DNA of 46,140 nucleotides from IMG/VR virus record IMGVR_UViG_3300033073_000554, positions 64,001 through 110,140 of that record; one strand, 5' to 3'. Of this stretch, positions 27,040-36,132 are shown in pieces. The position numbers were made by a program, and so were the translations under genes. Numbering within the stretch: position 1 is the stretch's first letter; each line of letters opens with the position of its first letter. The stretch comes from a virus (Duplodnaviria > Heunggongvirae > Uroviricota > Caudoviricetes). The notes beneath the pieces are model-generated. The model searched no databases. It saw only the letters and a list, made by a program, of their open reading frames with translations, and was not told the DNA's origin.

Positions 27040-28719
27040 TTAAGCATCAAAAAGTATCCGCACATTGATATCCACATCATCTCGAACCTGAATTGGTCTA
27101 GCCATCTTAGCTACCACCAATAAATCACCCTTACCATTATACAACCCAATTTCAGTAAAGTATGGGTTTAGAAGACTGGCTGAAGATGTAAATGCATCAA
27201 TCAATAGGTCTGACTTTGGAGATAATCTAGCACTCTGATTCAGTGTTACATTAAATGACCCGGCTTTAATTCGAACCATGGCTTCATACTGATATATTGT
27301 GTGGGTTCCACGATATGCTAATGTAAAATTACCCTTTAGTGCATTCTGATATTTCGGGTTCAATGGTGATACTATAATGTTTCCAGATCTGTAGAATACA
27401 TTTCCAACGATGGCTGTCTGGTATAAAGACCCACTTATATTATCTGCCAAAGTTTGGATACTGGATGATGTTGCTCCATATTCATATAGTCTGATCTCAT
27501 CGATTGATCCTGAAAATCCTTGTTTTCCGTATATATTTGTTGCACCAAACATTAATTGGTGTTTGTTAATTGGGTGATATTTAACCTCGGATCCTGATGC
27601 ATTGACGGTTCCATCTACATATAATTTTATTACCGCACCTTGTTTTGTTACCGCAATATGATGATCTCTACCATCATTCAGGGACCCAGTGCTCAATAAT
27701 GATACTACATTACTCCCATCTGATCGTCGAAATCTAACTTTACCATTATTTGCACCAGTATTATATACATCAATATCAAACGGATATATATCGATATCCT
27801 CATTCACTAAAGATGATGATATGTGAGCAGTTGATACGATTTGATTCGATTGATTATATTTTTCTTCTATCCCATATACACGTTTATTAATCATTCCACG
27901 TTTGGATATTATCGTATTCGTATCATGAGTCAATACAGATTGCGATACTGGAATTTTAACCCACGTTGATAATGTGAAATCTTCGTTGGTTGGAAAATTA
28001 AATTCTGGGCGATCATCGGTTATTATATAACTAGCTCCATTAAAATTAGCAGACATTCCAGATGGTGTATTATTTACATTTACACCTCGCGTAAAATATA
28101 CATTAGAAACAATTGAATGATTATCTGGAGTGAATGCGCGTGAAGTATAACCTATGCTACCATAATCCGTAGTACCTTCACAATATTTAAACTTTTTAAA
28201 GGCTTCATTGAATCCCCAATATGCAACCAATGAATGTAAATTAGCATAACTACTTGTTACGATAGTTGGATCATATAAATTACCATTTGGGTCATCAATT
28301 AATCGATAATTATATGTCGAATTATTTAATGATACTGAAGTGTTTTTTATCGCTTCACCAAATTTCAAATATGGTATAGATAACTGTGAGGCAGAATAAT
28401 TTAAGTTTTTATAGGTGTATCGTCTATTTGCATGCTCAAGTGTCGCCATCGAATCATATGGAAATTTATACCATAATAAATCGATATGGCTCCAAATTAC
28501 ATGTTGGTATGAATTATCACTTGAATTGATTGGATCATTATCTGCCTTGGCTGATCCTATTGGAGTTTTTAGTGATGAATGTACACCATCGTGTAATATA
28601 TACCCACTTGCAGTTGTAGCCATTTCTGAACTACTAACAGTATACCGCTTATAAGTTGGAAACGGTGTTAATGTAAAATCTTGCGGTTTTACTCTTGCAA
28701 ATGTGTATGGTATTGCCAT
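27040..28719 (-). CDS. Virion structural protein with LamG/ConA-like domain
   Basis: FTLSTWVK, HHIAVT, LYVDG, FSGSIDEIRLY. The C-terminal PYFTEIGLYN..DLLVVAK motif is shared with the 620- and 513-aa proteins. Confidence 0.8.
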   Translation of the reverse strand: MAIPYTFARVKPQDFTLTPFPTYKRYTVSSSEMATTASGYILHDGVHSSLKTPIGSAKADNDPINSSDNSYQHVIWSHIDLLWYKFPYDSMATLEHANRRYTYKNLNYSASQLSIPYLKFGEAIKNTSVSLNNSTYNYRLIDDPNGNLYDPTIVTSSYANLHSLVAYWGFNEAFKKFKYCEGTTDYGSIGYTSRAFTPDNHSIVSNVYFTRGVNVNNTPSGMSANFNGASYIITDDRPEFNFPTNEDFTLSTWVKIPVSQSVLTHDTNTIISKRGMINKRVYGIEEKYNQSNQIVSTAHISSSLVNEDIDIYPFDIDVYNTGANNGKVRFRRSDGSNVVSLLSTGSLNDGRDHHIAVTKQGAVIKLYVDGTVNASGSEVKYHPINKHQLMFGATNIYGKQGFSGSIDEIRLYEYGATSSSIQTLADNISGSLYQTAIVGNVFYRSGNIIVSPLNPKYQNALKGNFTLAYRGTHTIYQYEAMVRIKAGSFNVTLNQSARLSPKSDLLIDAFTSSASLLNPYFTEIGLYNGKGDLLVVAKMARPIQVRDDVDINVRILFDA

Positions 28720-28733
28720 GGTCCATTGTTAAT

Positions 28734-28943
28734 TTATTTTTGTCGCACTTGTTGTTGTATTGGTGTATGCCCAATTTCACCCGGAATGATACATCGCTCA
28801 ACTGCTGTGCAGTTAGTATAGTTTCGACCTAAAGTGTACATCGATGTATATATTTCAGCATTTATTTCATCAATGATGCCCATATCTTTAACATCTTGAT
28901 CATCTACGTCAATTGGTTCTATTTTTTTAGCGTGTATTCTCAT
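28734..28943 (-). CDS. Hypothetical protein
   Basis: 69 aa, GGAG upstream, fills the operon gap. Confidence 0.55.
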   Translation of the reverse strand: MRIHAKKIEPIDVDDQDVKDMGIIDEINAEIYTSMYTLGRNYTNCTAVERCIIPGEIGHTPIQQQVRQK

Positions 28944-28958
28944 TGTAACATCTCCAAA

Positions 28959-29615
28959 TTAGAGTTTTTTATTTAAAATTTGTATGCGATTATAGTTTTC
29001 AGTTAAATTTGGCATCGCTACTTCAGTTACATTACCGATATTCGATTCATCCATTCCAGACCCATCATAATTCATTGCCCATTCTGCAAAACTATCTAGC
29101 ATCTTAGCAATATTTCTTTGCTCTGGAGTTCCATATGGATCATATTTAAACTTAGCGCACAATGCACGATATTCTTTATCACCGAAATTCTCATAACCAC
29201 CCTTCTGTTTCCACTTATTTATCAATGAATTCTTCACTTTTTTAATGGTAGATATTACACTATTTACATTATCGACTTCATTAATAACCGATTCATCCAT
29301 TTCACCAGTGTGCATTAAAACCTTTCCAGAACGATCTAAATATCCCGCATCGATAAGACTTTGTGCAGTTCTTCCATACACACCTTGTAATCCACGTATT
29401 TGCCCGGAAGTGATTAGTTCAGAAAAAAAATCGATAGTCTCATCATCGGTCATTTCACCGTTTTCCCATTGTATAATCTTTCCTACGATGTCATTCGAAT
29501 TATTATCTAATTCATTAATATTAGTTTGGTCCATCTCATTTAAAAACTTTCTCGGGTTCATCATCCTATCAAAATTTTCTTTAAGTGTTCCTTTAAATGT
29601 TCCTTGAAATCCCAT
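28959..29615 (-). CDS. Modular hypothetical protein, candidate internal head polyprotein
   Basis: TLKE/FLNE/NINE/VINE sites separate modules (WENGEM...LQGVYGRTA; GGYENFG). Confidence 0.7.
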   Translation of the reverse strand: MGFQGTFKGTLKENFDRMMNPRKFLNEMDQTNINELDNNSNDIVGKIIQWENGEMTDDETIDFFSELITSGQIRGLQGVYGRTAQSLIDAGYLDRSGKVLMHTGEMDESVINEVDNVNSVISTIKKVKNSLINKWKQKGGYENFGDKEYRALCAKFKYDPYGTPEQRNIAKMLDSFAEWAMNYDGSGMDESNIGNVTEVAMPNLTENYNRIQILNKKL

Positions 29616-29625
29616 ATTTATTCCT

Positions 29626-31488
29626 TTATAGTCCTAGTTTTACTGAAAATAATGCCTCATTGACATAATCTTTTAATATCGGTCTTGATAATTTACCAAC
29701 TCCGATTAATTCTTTTTGTTCATTATATAATCCGATAGCTGTAATATATACCTTCGGATTGCCTTGAAAATCTGCTATAATTTCACCATAAGATCCAGTT
29801 TGATATGATGCATTATTTGTAAAATTATAGTCACCATTTTTTACTCTAATGAAATAATATTCGGAATATTCAGTTTTCTTTCGGCGTGCCTGAAACCCCA
29901 TTATATCTCCACTATCATCGGTATATAATGCTGCGCCAGAAATGGCTGTAAACAATTTATAGTTGTTATCCCCGGCTACATCTGATCCTGTAACTGACAG
30001 AAATCCAGCGTCACTATCCAATTTATCACCATCTAATACTATTACACCTAATCTTGGATACATTAACCCATAAACACTTGGATTAGTTGGATTATATGCG
30101 CCCAACTCCAAACTACCCGATATCATGTAAAATACTTCTCCCGCACCTGTAAACAACCGGGCTTTATCTTCACCTATTTCTGAATACGAAGATGATAATG
30201 CGGTATTTGATAATGTATTTAAATAATCCAATTTACTATCATCAATCAATCTTAGAACTTGCCCATTTCCAGCTACTTTAACATTTGATCCAGTATGTGC
30301 ATTTCTCAACCCACCACCAGCTTCAAATTTAGACCCAGACAGGTGCGCTAGATTTAATTCTAAATTACCTTCATCCAATCTGTCTTGCATTCTAGATCTA
30401 CGAATATTGACAATATACACATGATTTAAACGGCGTCCACCAATAGTAAACCACGGTTTATCATTATCGACACATAATAATTTATACTGATCATAGACCG
30501 CATTAGTTGGAGTCAACCAATCATATCCACCGAGATCTCTCGACCCAGATCCAGCATCGTGCCCATATGCAATATCAAATTGTACTTCAGCATCGCAATT
30601 GCCACATGGTGATTGTAATACAGCTCTAGAAAAGCTAGATGACGTCTGAGCGATTGAACATGTATAAAATCTATTTAAACTTCCAGAATTATCAGACCAA
30701 ATTCCGTATGTTATTACTTCCTCACGTCTAGGTAGTCTATCGCCCTGATCTATTCTAGTGAAAACCTTACCAGTTGGTAATGGATCTGGACAGTTTCTAC
30801 CATATTTAGCACAATCATCTTCGGGTGGTACCCCAAATTTATCTTCTGGTGTACACCAATTGTTAGCTGTTCTACGAATCCATTGACTATTGAATGCATC
30901 CCACGATGACCACATCACTTCCCCGGCGTCAATATACTGATTTGGTACACTACTTCCACCGAATGATTGTGGACCATTAATTCCTAATCCACCACCATTG
31001 CTACCCATTCCACTGTTCTGACCATTGAATACAGTATTTTCTCTCGGTTTTCCAGTAGAATCTGGAGTCCACCACCGTTTGTTACATTCATTCCAAACCC
31101 AGTATTTTTTATTTTGGTCTACGAATGTCGGTGGAGGCGTTTTTTGTTCTGGAATTGGTAAAACATTTCGTGGAGCAGATTTTTCTTCCTTTGGTGGAAT
31201 CGGCGAAGTTTTCTTCCGCACATCATCTTTCCACTCTCGGTACGTTGGATCACCAGTATAATTACCATCATCGGATGTGCTCCACTCGTCTACTACAACC
31301 ACTGGTGGTAAACCAGTTGTCGGCTTTCTCAATCCAACATCTGCGGATGGTATAGTCTTATTTGCACCTTTAGTGGATAACCCACCACCATTAAATGTGC
31401 CAGCACCACCTAGATCGTCCCATTTGACATCTACGTTCTTAGTTGAACCACCATTTGGTAAATCAGAATCAGTTCGGTATGTTGGCAT
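29626..31488 (-). CDS. Baseplate/tail-type structural protein, paralog A
   Basis: Shares long blocks with 32301-33842 (LDEGNLELNLAxLSGSKF, NAHTGSNVK, VYITxxGLYN); Pro/Gly-rich N-terminus. Confidence 0.7.
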   Translation of the reverse strand: MPTYRTDSDLPNGGSTKNVDVKWDDLGGAGTFNGGGLSTKGANKTIPSADVGLRKPTTGLPPVVVVDEWSTSDDGNYTGDPTYREWKDDVRKKTSPIPPKEEKSAPRNVLPIPEQKTPPPTFVDQNKKYWVWNECNKRWWTPDSTGKPRENTVFNGQNSGMGSNGGGLGINGPQSFGGSSVPNQYIDAGEVMWSSWDAFNSQWIRRTANNWCTPEDKFGVPPEDDCAKYGRNCPDPLPTGKVFTRIDQGDRLPRREEVITYGIWSDNSGSLNRFYTCSIAQTSSSFSRAVLQSPCGNCDAEVQFDIAYGHDAGSGSRDLGGYDWLTPTNAVYDQYKLLCVDNDKPWFTIGGRRLNHVYIVNIRRSRMQDRLDEGNLELNLAHLSGSKFEAGGGLRNAHTGSNVKVAGNGQVLRLIDDSKLDYLNTLSNTALSSSYSEIGEDKARLFTGAGEVFYMISGSLELGAYNPTNPSVYGLMYPRLGVIVLDGDKLDSDAGFLSVTGSDVAGDNNYKLFTAISGAALYTDDSGDIMGFQARRKKTEYSEYYFIRVKNGDYNFTNNASYQTGSYGEIIADFQGNPKVYITAIGLYNEQKELIGVGKLSRPILKDYVNEALFSVKLGL

Positions 31489-31501
31489 ATATATTTATTT
31501 C

Positions 31502-32317
31502 TTAATTATTTACGCTAGTCAATTTAATATTAGATATTCGTTCTAGTATATTATTATGTATTAAATCTTCATTCTTTTTATAATCACTTTCCCAAATTCG
31601 AATCAATTCATATCCATTTAATATCGTGTCTGCCGATTTAATTTTATCCCTCTCGATAATCTTTTCAACGAAGTGACAATGTTTACTACAGCCCGGACCA
31701 CCGTGCCAATAATCACCATCCAACTCAATTAATAGATTAGTATTATTAATCTTAAAATCATATGAATATATTTCGTTTAATCCAGTAAAATAATTATATT
31801 TATATCCAATATCATTATCGTCTAAAAATTTTGCAAATTTCTTCTCGAATTTATTCATTTTAAAATTTGAAAATATCTTTTGAACTGTTTCTGGTGAATG
31901 CTTTCTACCAAACATTGGATTTCCACTACCCTTAACTCGCCCCTTCATAGACTCTGATATTTTTTTAGATGCTATTACACGCGTTTCATCAGACATCCGT
32001 GCCCATATATTTACACCCTTTCGTAATTCAGCCTTCTTAGACATACTTAATAATCCACTATGTGTATCCTTAGTATAACCACGCGACCATCCAATTCCCC
32101 CAGTATTACGCCGCCCAATTTCCTTACCCCAACATTTTCGACTACATGTCGTACCACGCGTCAGATTAATATTGCAGCTTTTACATAATTTATAATCTGG
32201 GAATAATGATAAATTATTCTTAATATAATCTAAAAATACAATACCGTGTGATTTTAAATGTTGAAACATCTGTTTATCATTTATATTTCTAGTACATATA
32301 TTACAATATCGAAGCAA
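31502..32317 (-). CDS. Free-standing homing endonuclease (NUMOD3 plus DUF559/Vsr-like PD-(D/E)xK domain)
   Basis: Cys-rich N-terminus; NPMFGRKHSPET (NUMOD3); YDF...LIELDGDYWH...GYELIRIWE. Confidence 0.8.
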   Translation of the reverse strand: MLRYCNICTRNINDKQMFQHLKSHGIVFLDYIKNNLSLFPDYKLCKSCNINLTRGTTCSRKCWGKEIGRRNTGGIGWSRGYTKDTHSGLLSMSKKAELRKGVNIWARMSDETRVIASKKISESMKGRVKGSGNPMFGRKHSPETVQKIFSNFKMNKFEKKFAKFLDDNDIGYKYNYFTGLNEIYSYDFKINNTNLLIELDGDYWHGGPGCSKHCHFVEKIIERDKIKSADTILNGYELIRIWESDYKKNEDLIHNNILERISNIKLTSVNN

Positions 32318-33842
32318 GTAAACCTCCCATAGCAGTTATCAACCAAACGAATTCCAATTTTATTTTCAGAAGTGCCTCATTGGTAAACGACTTTTTAATC
32401 GCACGAGAAACTTTAGCTACAGCTACCAATTCTTTACGAGTATTATACAACCCAACGGTTGTAATATATACTACTGGGTTTCCAATCATAATTGGCTCCG
32501 CTAAATCACCTTCAGATCCTGTAACGAATGTTGGGTTATTACTAAAATTATATTCACTATTTTTAACTCGACAAAAATAATGTGTAGACTTCACTCTCTC
32601 GGCACTTCTACCAGCAAATCCCAATCTATCACCACTGGCATCCGTATATAATGCCGCACCTGAAATAGCTGTAAACAATTTATATGCATTATCTCCGGCA
32701 ACCTCTGACCCCGTTACAGTTAGAAACGATGCCGACATATCTAGGGTATCTGCGTTCAACACAACTATACCAAGTCTACGGTACATAATACCATATACAT
32801 GTGGAGAAGATGAATTATACACCCCATCTTCAATAGATCCAGAAACCATTTGATATGTTTCACCAGCTTGAGTAACCGTTGCACTATTTAAAGTACTATC
32901 ATCTATCAATCTGATGACTTTACCAGTTCCAGAAATTTTAACATTAGATCCAGTGTGAGCATTTTGTGATCCACCACCCGCTAAAAACTTTGATCCAGAT
33001 AATTCGGCTAGATTTAATTCCAAATTACCTTCATCAAGATAATCTCTCATTCTAGCTCTATTAACATTAATCACATAAATATGCTCAGTTGTTCGACCGT
33101 CGATAGTAAATCTTTGAGTATCATCATCTAAACATAATCTGCGATATTGACCATATACCGCTTTAGTTGGAGTATCATTCACTTGACCGCCTTCATCGGC
33201 AGATCCAGATCCATTTTTATGCCCATATTGAACTGAAAATTGACCATCTGCACCACATGTTCCAGAAGATGAATTATATATTTCGTAATAGTATCTTTTA
33301 TTTGAAGTTGTTTGTCCAGATGATGTATAAAATGTAGTCAAATTGCCAACATTTCCAGACCATAATGCTCTAGTAATTACTTCTTGCTGATTGGGTACTA
33401 TATCTCCATTTTCAAATCGCGAAAAGATTTTACCAGATCCAAAATTTGCTGGAGGTGGTGGTGGAGGTGGCATCTCATTTCCGCCGCCATCACTTGGAGG
33501 TGGCTCATATATTCTAGGTCCACCTAAAACTGGTGGCGGATCTGGATTAAATGGTGGTGTCCATGTGGTATTATTTCCACCATTAGCTGGAGTTAATTGG
33601 TTTACAACACCTGTATCCTGAACAATGTACTTGTTACCACGAACATCTTGGTATCCATTCACTGAAACCCCGGGTAAAACCTGTATATTAGTAGGTTGTC
33701 CCATATTCAGCATCGATGGTGATCCAGCAACTGGTGTCAAATTGTAACCAGACTCTTTTAATTTATCGATTTGGGACTGGTCTAATCTACCAGTCGTTCC
33801 AACTGGTGCACCATACCCATCGTTCATGTTCATAAATGCCAT
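32301..33842 (-). CDS. Baseplate/tail-type structural protein, paralog B
   Basis: Homologous to 29626-31488; poly-Pro/Gly N-terminal region. Confidence 0.7.
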   Translation of the reverse strand: MAFMNMNDGYGAPVGTTGRLDQSQIDKLKESGYNLTPVAGSPSMLNMGQPTNIQVLPGVSVNGYQDVRGNKYIVQDTGVVNQLTPANGGNNTTWTPPFNPDPPPVLGGPRIYEPPPSDGGGNEMPPPPPPPANFGSGKIFSRFENGDIVPNQQEVITRALWSGNVGNLTTFYTSSGQTTSNKRYYYEIYNSSSGTCGADGQFSVQYGHKNGSGSADEGGQVNDTPTKAVYGQYRRLCLDDDTQRFTIDGRTTEHIYVINVNRARMRDYLDEGNLELNLAELSGSKFLAGGGSQNAHTGSNVKISGTGKVIRLIDDSTLNSATVTQAGETYQMVSGSIEDGVYNSSSPHVYGIMYRRLGIVVLNADTLDMSASFLTVTGSEVAGDNAYKLFTAISGAALYTDASGDRLGFAGRSAERVKSTHYFCRVKNSEYNFSNNPTFVTGSEGDLAEPIMIGNPVVYITTVGLYNTRKELVAVAKVSRAIKKSFTNEALLKIKLEFVWLITAMGGLLASIL

Positions 33843-33889
33843 GTATATTCTCTTTATTTGTTATATTATAATATTAAATTTACCGCACA

Positions 33890-34591
33890 TTAGGTCGGTA
33901 AAGATATAGGCGCAGTTCCAGTTAACGATATATTAGGAGTTGTTGCAGTTGTTACCTTTTGAACAGTTACATTTACAACCACTCTACCCCCAGTTTCAAT
34001 TCCAGTTATAACCAATGTTGTAGATCTCGACGCCAATTGTAATAGATTAGCTGTTAATACTACGGATTGCCCAGAAACTGTAATTGCTTGTCCTAATTCC
34101 GAATCTGACATCGGTGCTGGTCTTGATGTTAAATCTCCAACAAATTTTTGCGACTTAGATCGTTCGTCAACATACATTGTACATATATCCGAATCTGCCA
34201 ACGTAAATGTATATCCGAAGGTACTATTACCTTGGGTATAATTTATTGTTTGTGGATTGATGGTGATTTGTTGCCCCGGTTTCAATGTCACACTTGTCTG
34301 TGGTACACTAATGATTGGGATTCTAATGGTTTTTCTCGGTAAAGTTACCAGAAATGATTTCATATTCTGAGTTTCATCTGGAACCGCTTCAGTGATTGGC
34401 ATATTTTCTATTACCACACCATAATACGCTGTACCAAGTGGATGATCTGAATTCCAATTGTCATAAGAAACTTCAGTATCACTAAGTGCGAAAAATTCAA
34501 TTCCTAAATTACCAGATTTTGCAAGCTCTGATCTACCTTTATTGGTTAGTATTGCGTCAATGCTAACTGAGGTGTTATTTAATATACCCAT
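33890..34591 (-). CDS. Structural protein of the tail/baseplate cluster
   Basis: MGILNNTSVSIDAILTNKGR...IENMPITEA; promoter-like motif and AGGA upstream. Confidence 0.65.
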   Translation of the reverse strand: MGILNNTSVSIDAILTNKGRSELAKSGNLGIEFFALSDTEVSYDNWNSDHPLGTAYYGVVIENMPITEAVPDETQNMKSFLVTLPRKTIRIPIISVPQTSVTLKPGQQITINPQTINYTQGNSTFGYTFTLADSDICTMYVDERSKSQKFVGDLTSRPAPMSDSELGQAITVSGQSVVLTANLLQLASRSTTLVITGIETGGRVVVNVTVQKVTTATTPNISLTGTAPISLPT

Positions 34592-34619
34592 TTGTTTATT
34601 TTTCCTATTGTATTTCGCT

Positions 34620-34629
34620 TATATATAGT
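34620..34629 (-). promoter_or_regulatory. ACTATATATA promoter-like motif
   Basis: Intergenic, upstream of 34591. Confidence 0.55.
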
Positions 34630-34660
34630 ATTTTTCATACAATTATCAATGATTGATAAC

Positions 34661-35308
34661 TTACCCAACTTCATCTACTCTACGTTTTAATTCCAATTTG
34701 ATATCTTTGGCTAATTTACCAGTCCATCCACCTATACATGATAATACATCCTTCGCAACTTCGACGGCTGGTTGATTTTCATACATCGTCTGTAAATCTT
34801 TAATTCGCGTCAAAGCTATTACCTTCGGTTTATCTTCATCCTTTAACCCGGTGTATTTATACTTTATAATTAAAGCTAAATCACCAACTGTAATAGTTGA
34901 AAGATCTTTCTCTGGTTTAGTATATTTAACTTCTTCGGGTTCATCCATGGTTTCTGGTTTACCAACTGTTGAAGGTGTAGCTTCATGTAATGACGCTATC
35001 GATTCCACTATAGTAACGCCATTATTATCTAGCGGATTACCCATCTTAGTAGCAATATCACCAGTTCTAAAGTGGAATTCTTTACCAATTGGATTTCCAC
35101 TACGTCCTAATTTTCTAAATTTCATTGCCGTATGATCTTCACTTATTTGAGTAACGATATATACCCCCGCATCAACACCTTTCAACATTATCCACCCACG
35201 AACTTCAAATTTAGTCCCAATATTGAATTTATTAAGTAAATCAGTATAACTGCTCTCAAGTAATTGGCGGCGTACCATTTTTCGTAATTCTTTTATTGTC
35301 ATTCGCAT
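34661..35308 (-). CDS. Modular hypothetical protein with capsid-targeting-like leader
   Basis: MRMTIKELRKMVRRQLLE; internal SLHE. Confidence 0.7.
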   Translation of the reverse strand: MRMTIKELRKMVRRQLLESSYTDLLNKFNIGTKFEVRGWIMLKGVDAGVYIVTQISEDHTAMKFRKLGRSGNPIGKEFHFRTGDIATKMGNPLDNNGVTIVESIASLHEATPSTVGKPETMDEPEEVKYTKPEKDLSTITVGDLALIIKYKYTGLKDEDKPKVIALTRIKDLQTMYENQPAVEVAKDVLSCIGGWTGKLAKDIKLELKRRVDEVG

Positions 35309-35323
35309 ATTTTTCCTATTTAT

Positions 35324-35333
35324 TATATATAGT
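35324..35333 (-). promoter_or_regulatory. ACTATATATA promoter-like motif
   Basis: Intergenic, upstream of 35308. Confidence 0.55.
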
Positions 35334-35358
35334 AATTTTTTCTTACCGCACTTGTAAA

Positions 35359-36111
35359 TTAACTTATACTCTCAATACACCAAAAGTCAGAGCATGCATC
35401 AGAAGTAATGAAGCTATATGGCATTTGGAAATACCCATTCTTACCCCAATCGGTGCCCCATGAATTTTGAATAGTAAATGTTTGTGTCAAATCGGAATAC
35501 CCGACGCATCCGATTGCGTGTCCTCCAATTACTCGCTCATTTACTTTTGGTAATGGCATAATTCCAGTAGTACTATCCCAATTACCATTGATAAATGATT
35601 CATATACATCAAACCCAAAGCTTATACATGCTCCAGATATTAATGTTCTCTTGAGTGCGTCAATTGTTTGTGGAACAGTGGCATATCTAACTGTAGTATG
35701 AGTTAAACCATTTTTATATGCAGACTTTGGTGGTTTTTTAGCAAATTTACTAATATCGTATTTCCACAATGATTCAGTACATACCCCTTCTTTATTAAGT
35801 GATTTAAATGCATCGCGAATAATTGCTCCACTATCTTCTAATTCCCACCCACGCATTGCACGCGCGTTGTAATATAGAAATAATCGACTCGGTTTTAATC
35901 TATTTTTCAGTGATTTTTGTTTTGCTTCATAAAGATAGCATAAACATCCAGAGTTGGCGACACAGCTGCCGATTTGCGACTGATCATATACTGGTAATGT
36001 AATCGGAAGTTTAAATTCAGTTGGTAATGGTGCCGCACCCATTAACGTATGTCTCACTGAAATGTAGTCTCGATTATCGACTTCTTGCTTGATCCACCCA
36101 TTAATATTCAT
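35359..36111 (-). CDS. Papain-like cysteine protease (C1A-like)
   Basis: DQSQIGSCVAN (Gln, Cys), GGHAI (His), QNSWG (Asn). Confidence 0.93.
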   Translation of the reverse strand: MNINGWIKQEVDNRDYISVRHTLMGAAPLPTEFKLPITLPVYDQSQIGSCVANSGCLCYLYEAKQKSLKNRLKPSRLFLYYNARAMRGWELEDSGAIIRDAFKSLNKEGVCTESLWKYDISKFAKKPPKSAYKNGLTHTTVRYATVPQTIDALKRTLISGACISFGFDVYESFINGNWDSTTGIMPLPKVNERVIGGHAIGCVGYSDLTQTFTIQNSWGTDWGKNGYFQMPYSFITSDACSDFWCIESIS

Positions 36112-36132
36112 ATTTTATATCCTATTTTTTTA

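Noticed and set aside
31489-32345. Group I intron housing the homing endonuclease
   Set aside because: Only 13 nt separate the HEG stop from the next ATG and the 5' side overlaps the previous gene, so there is no room for a ribozyme core.
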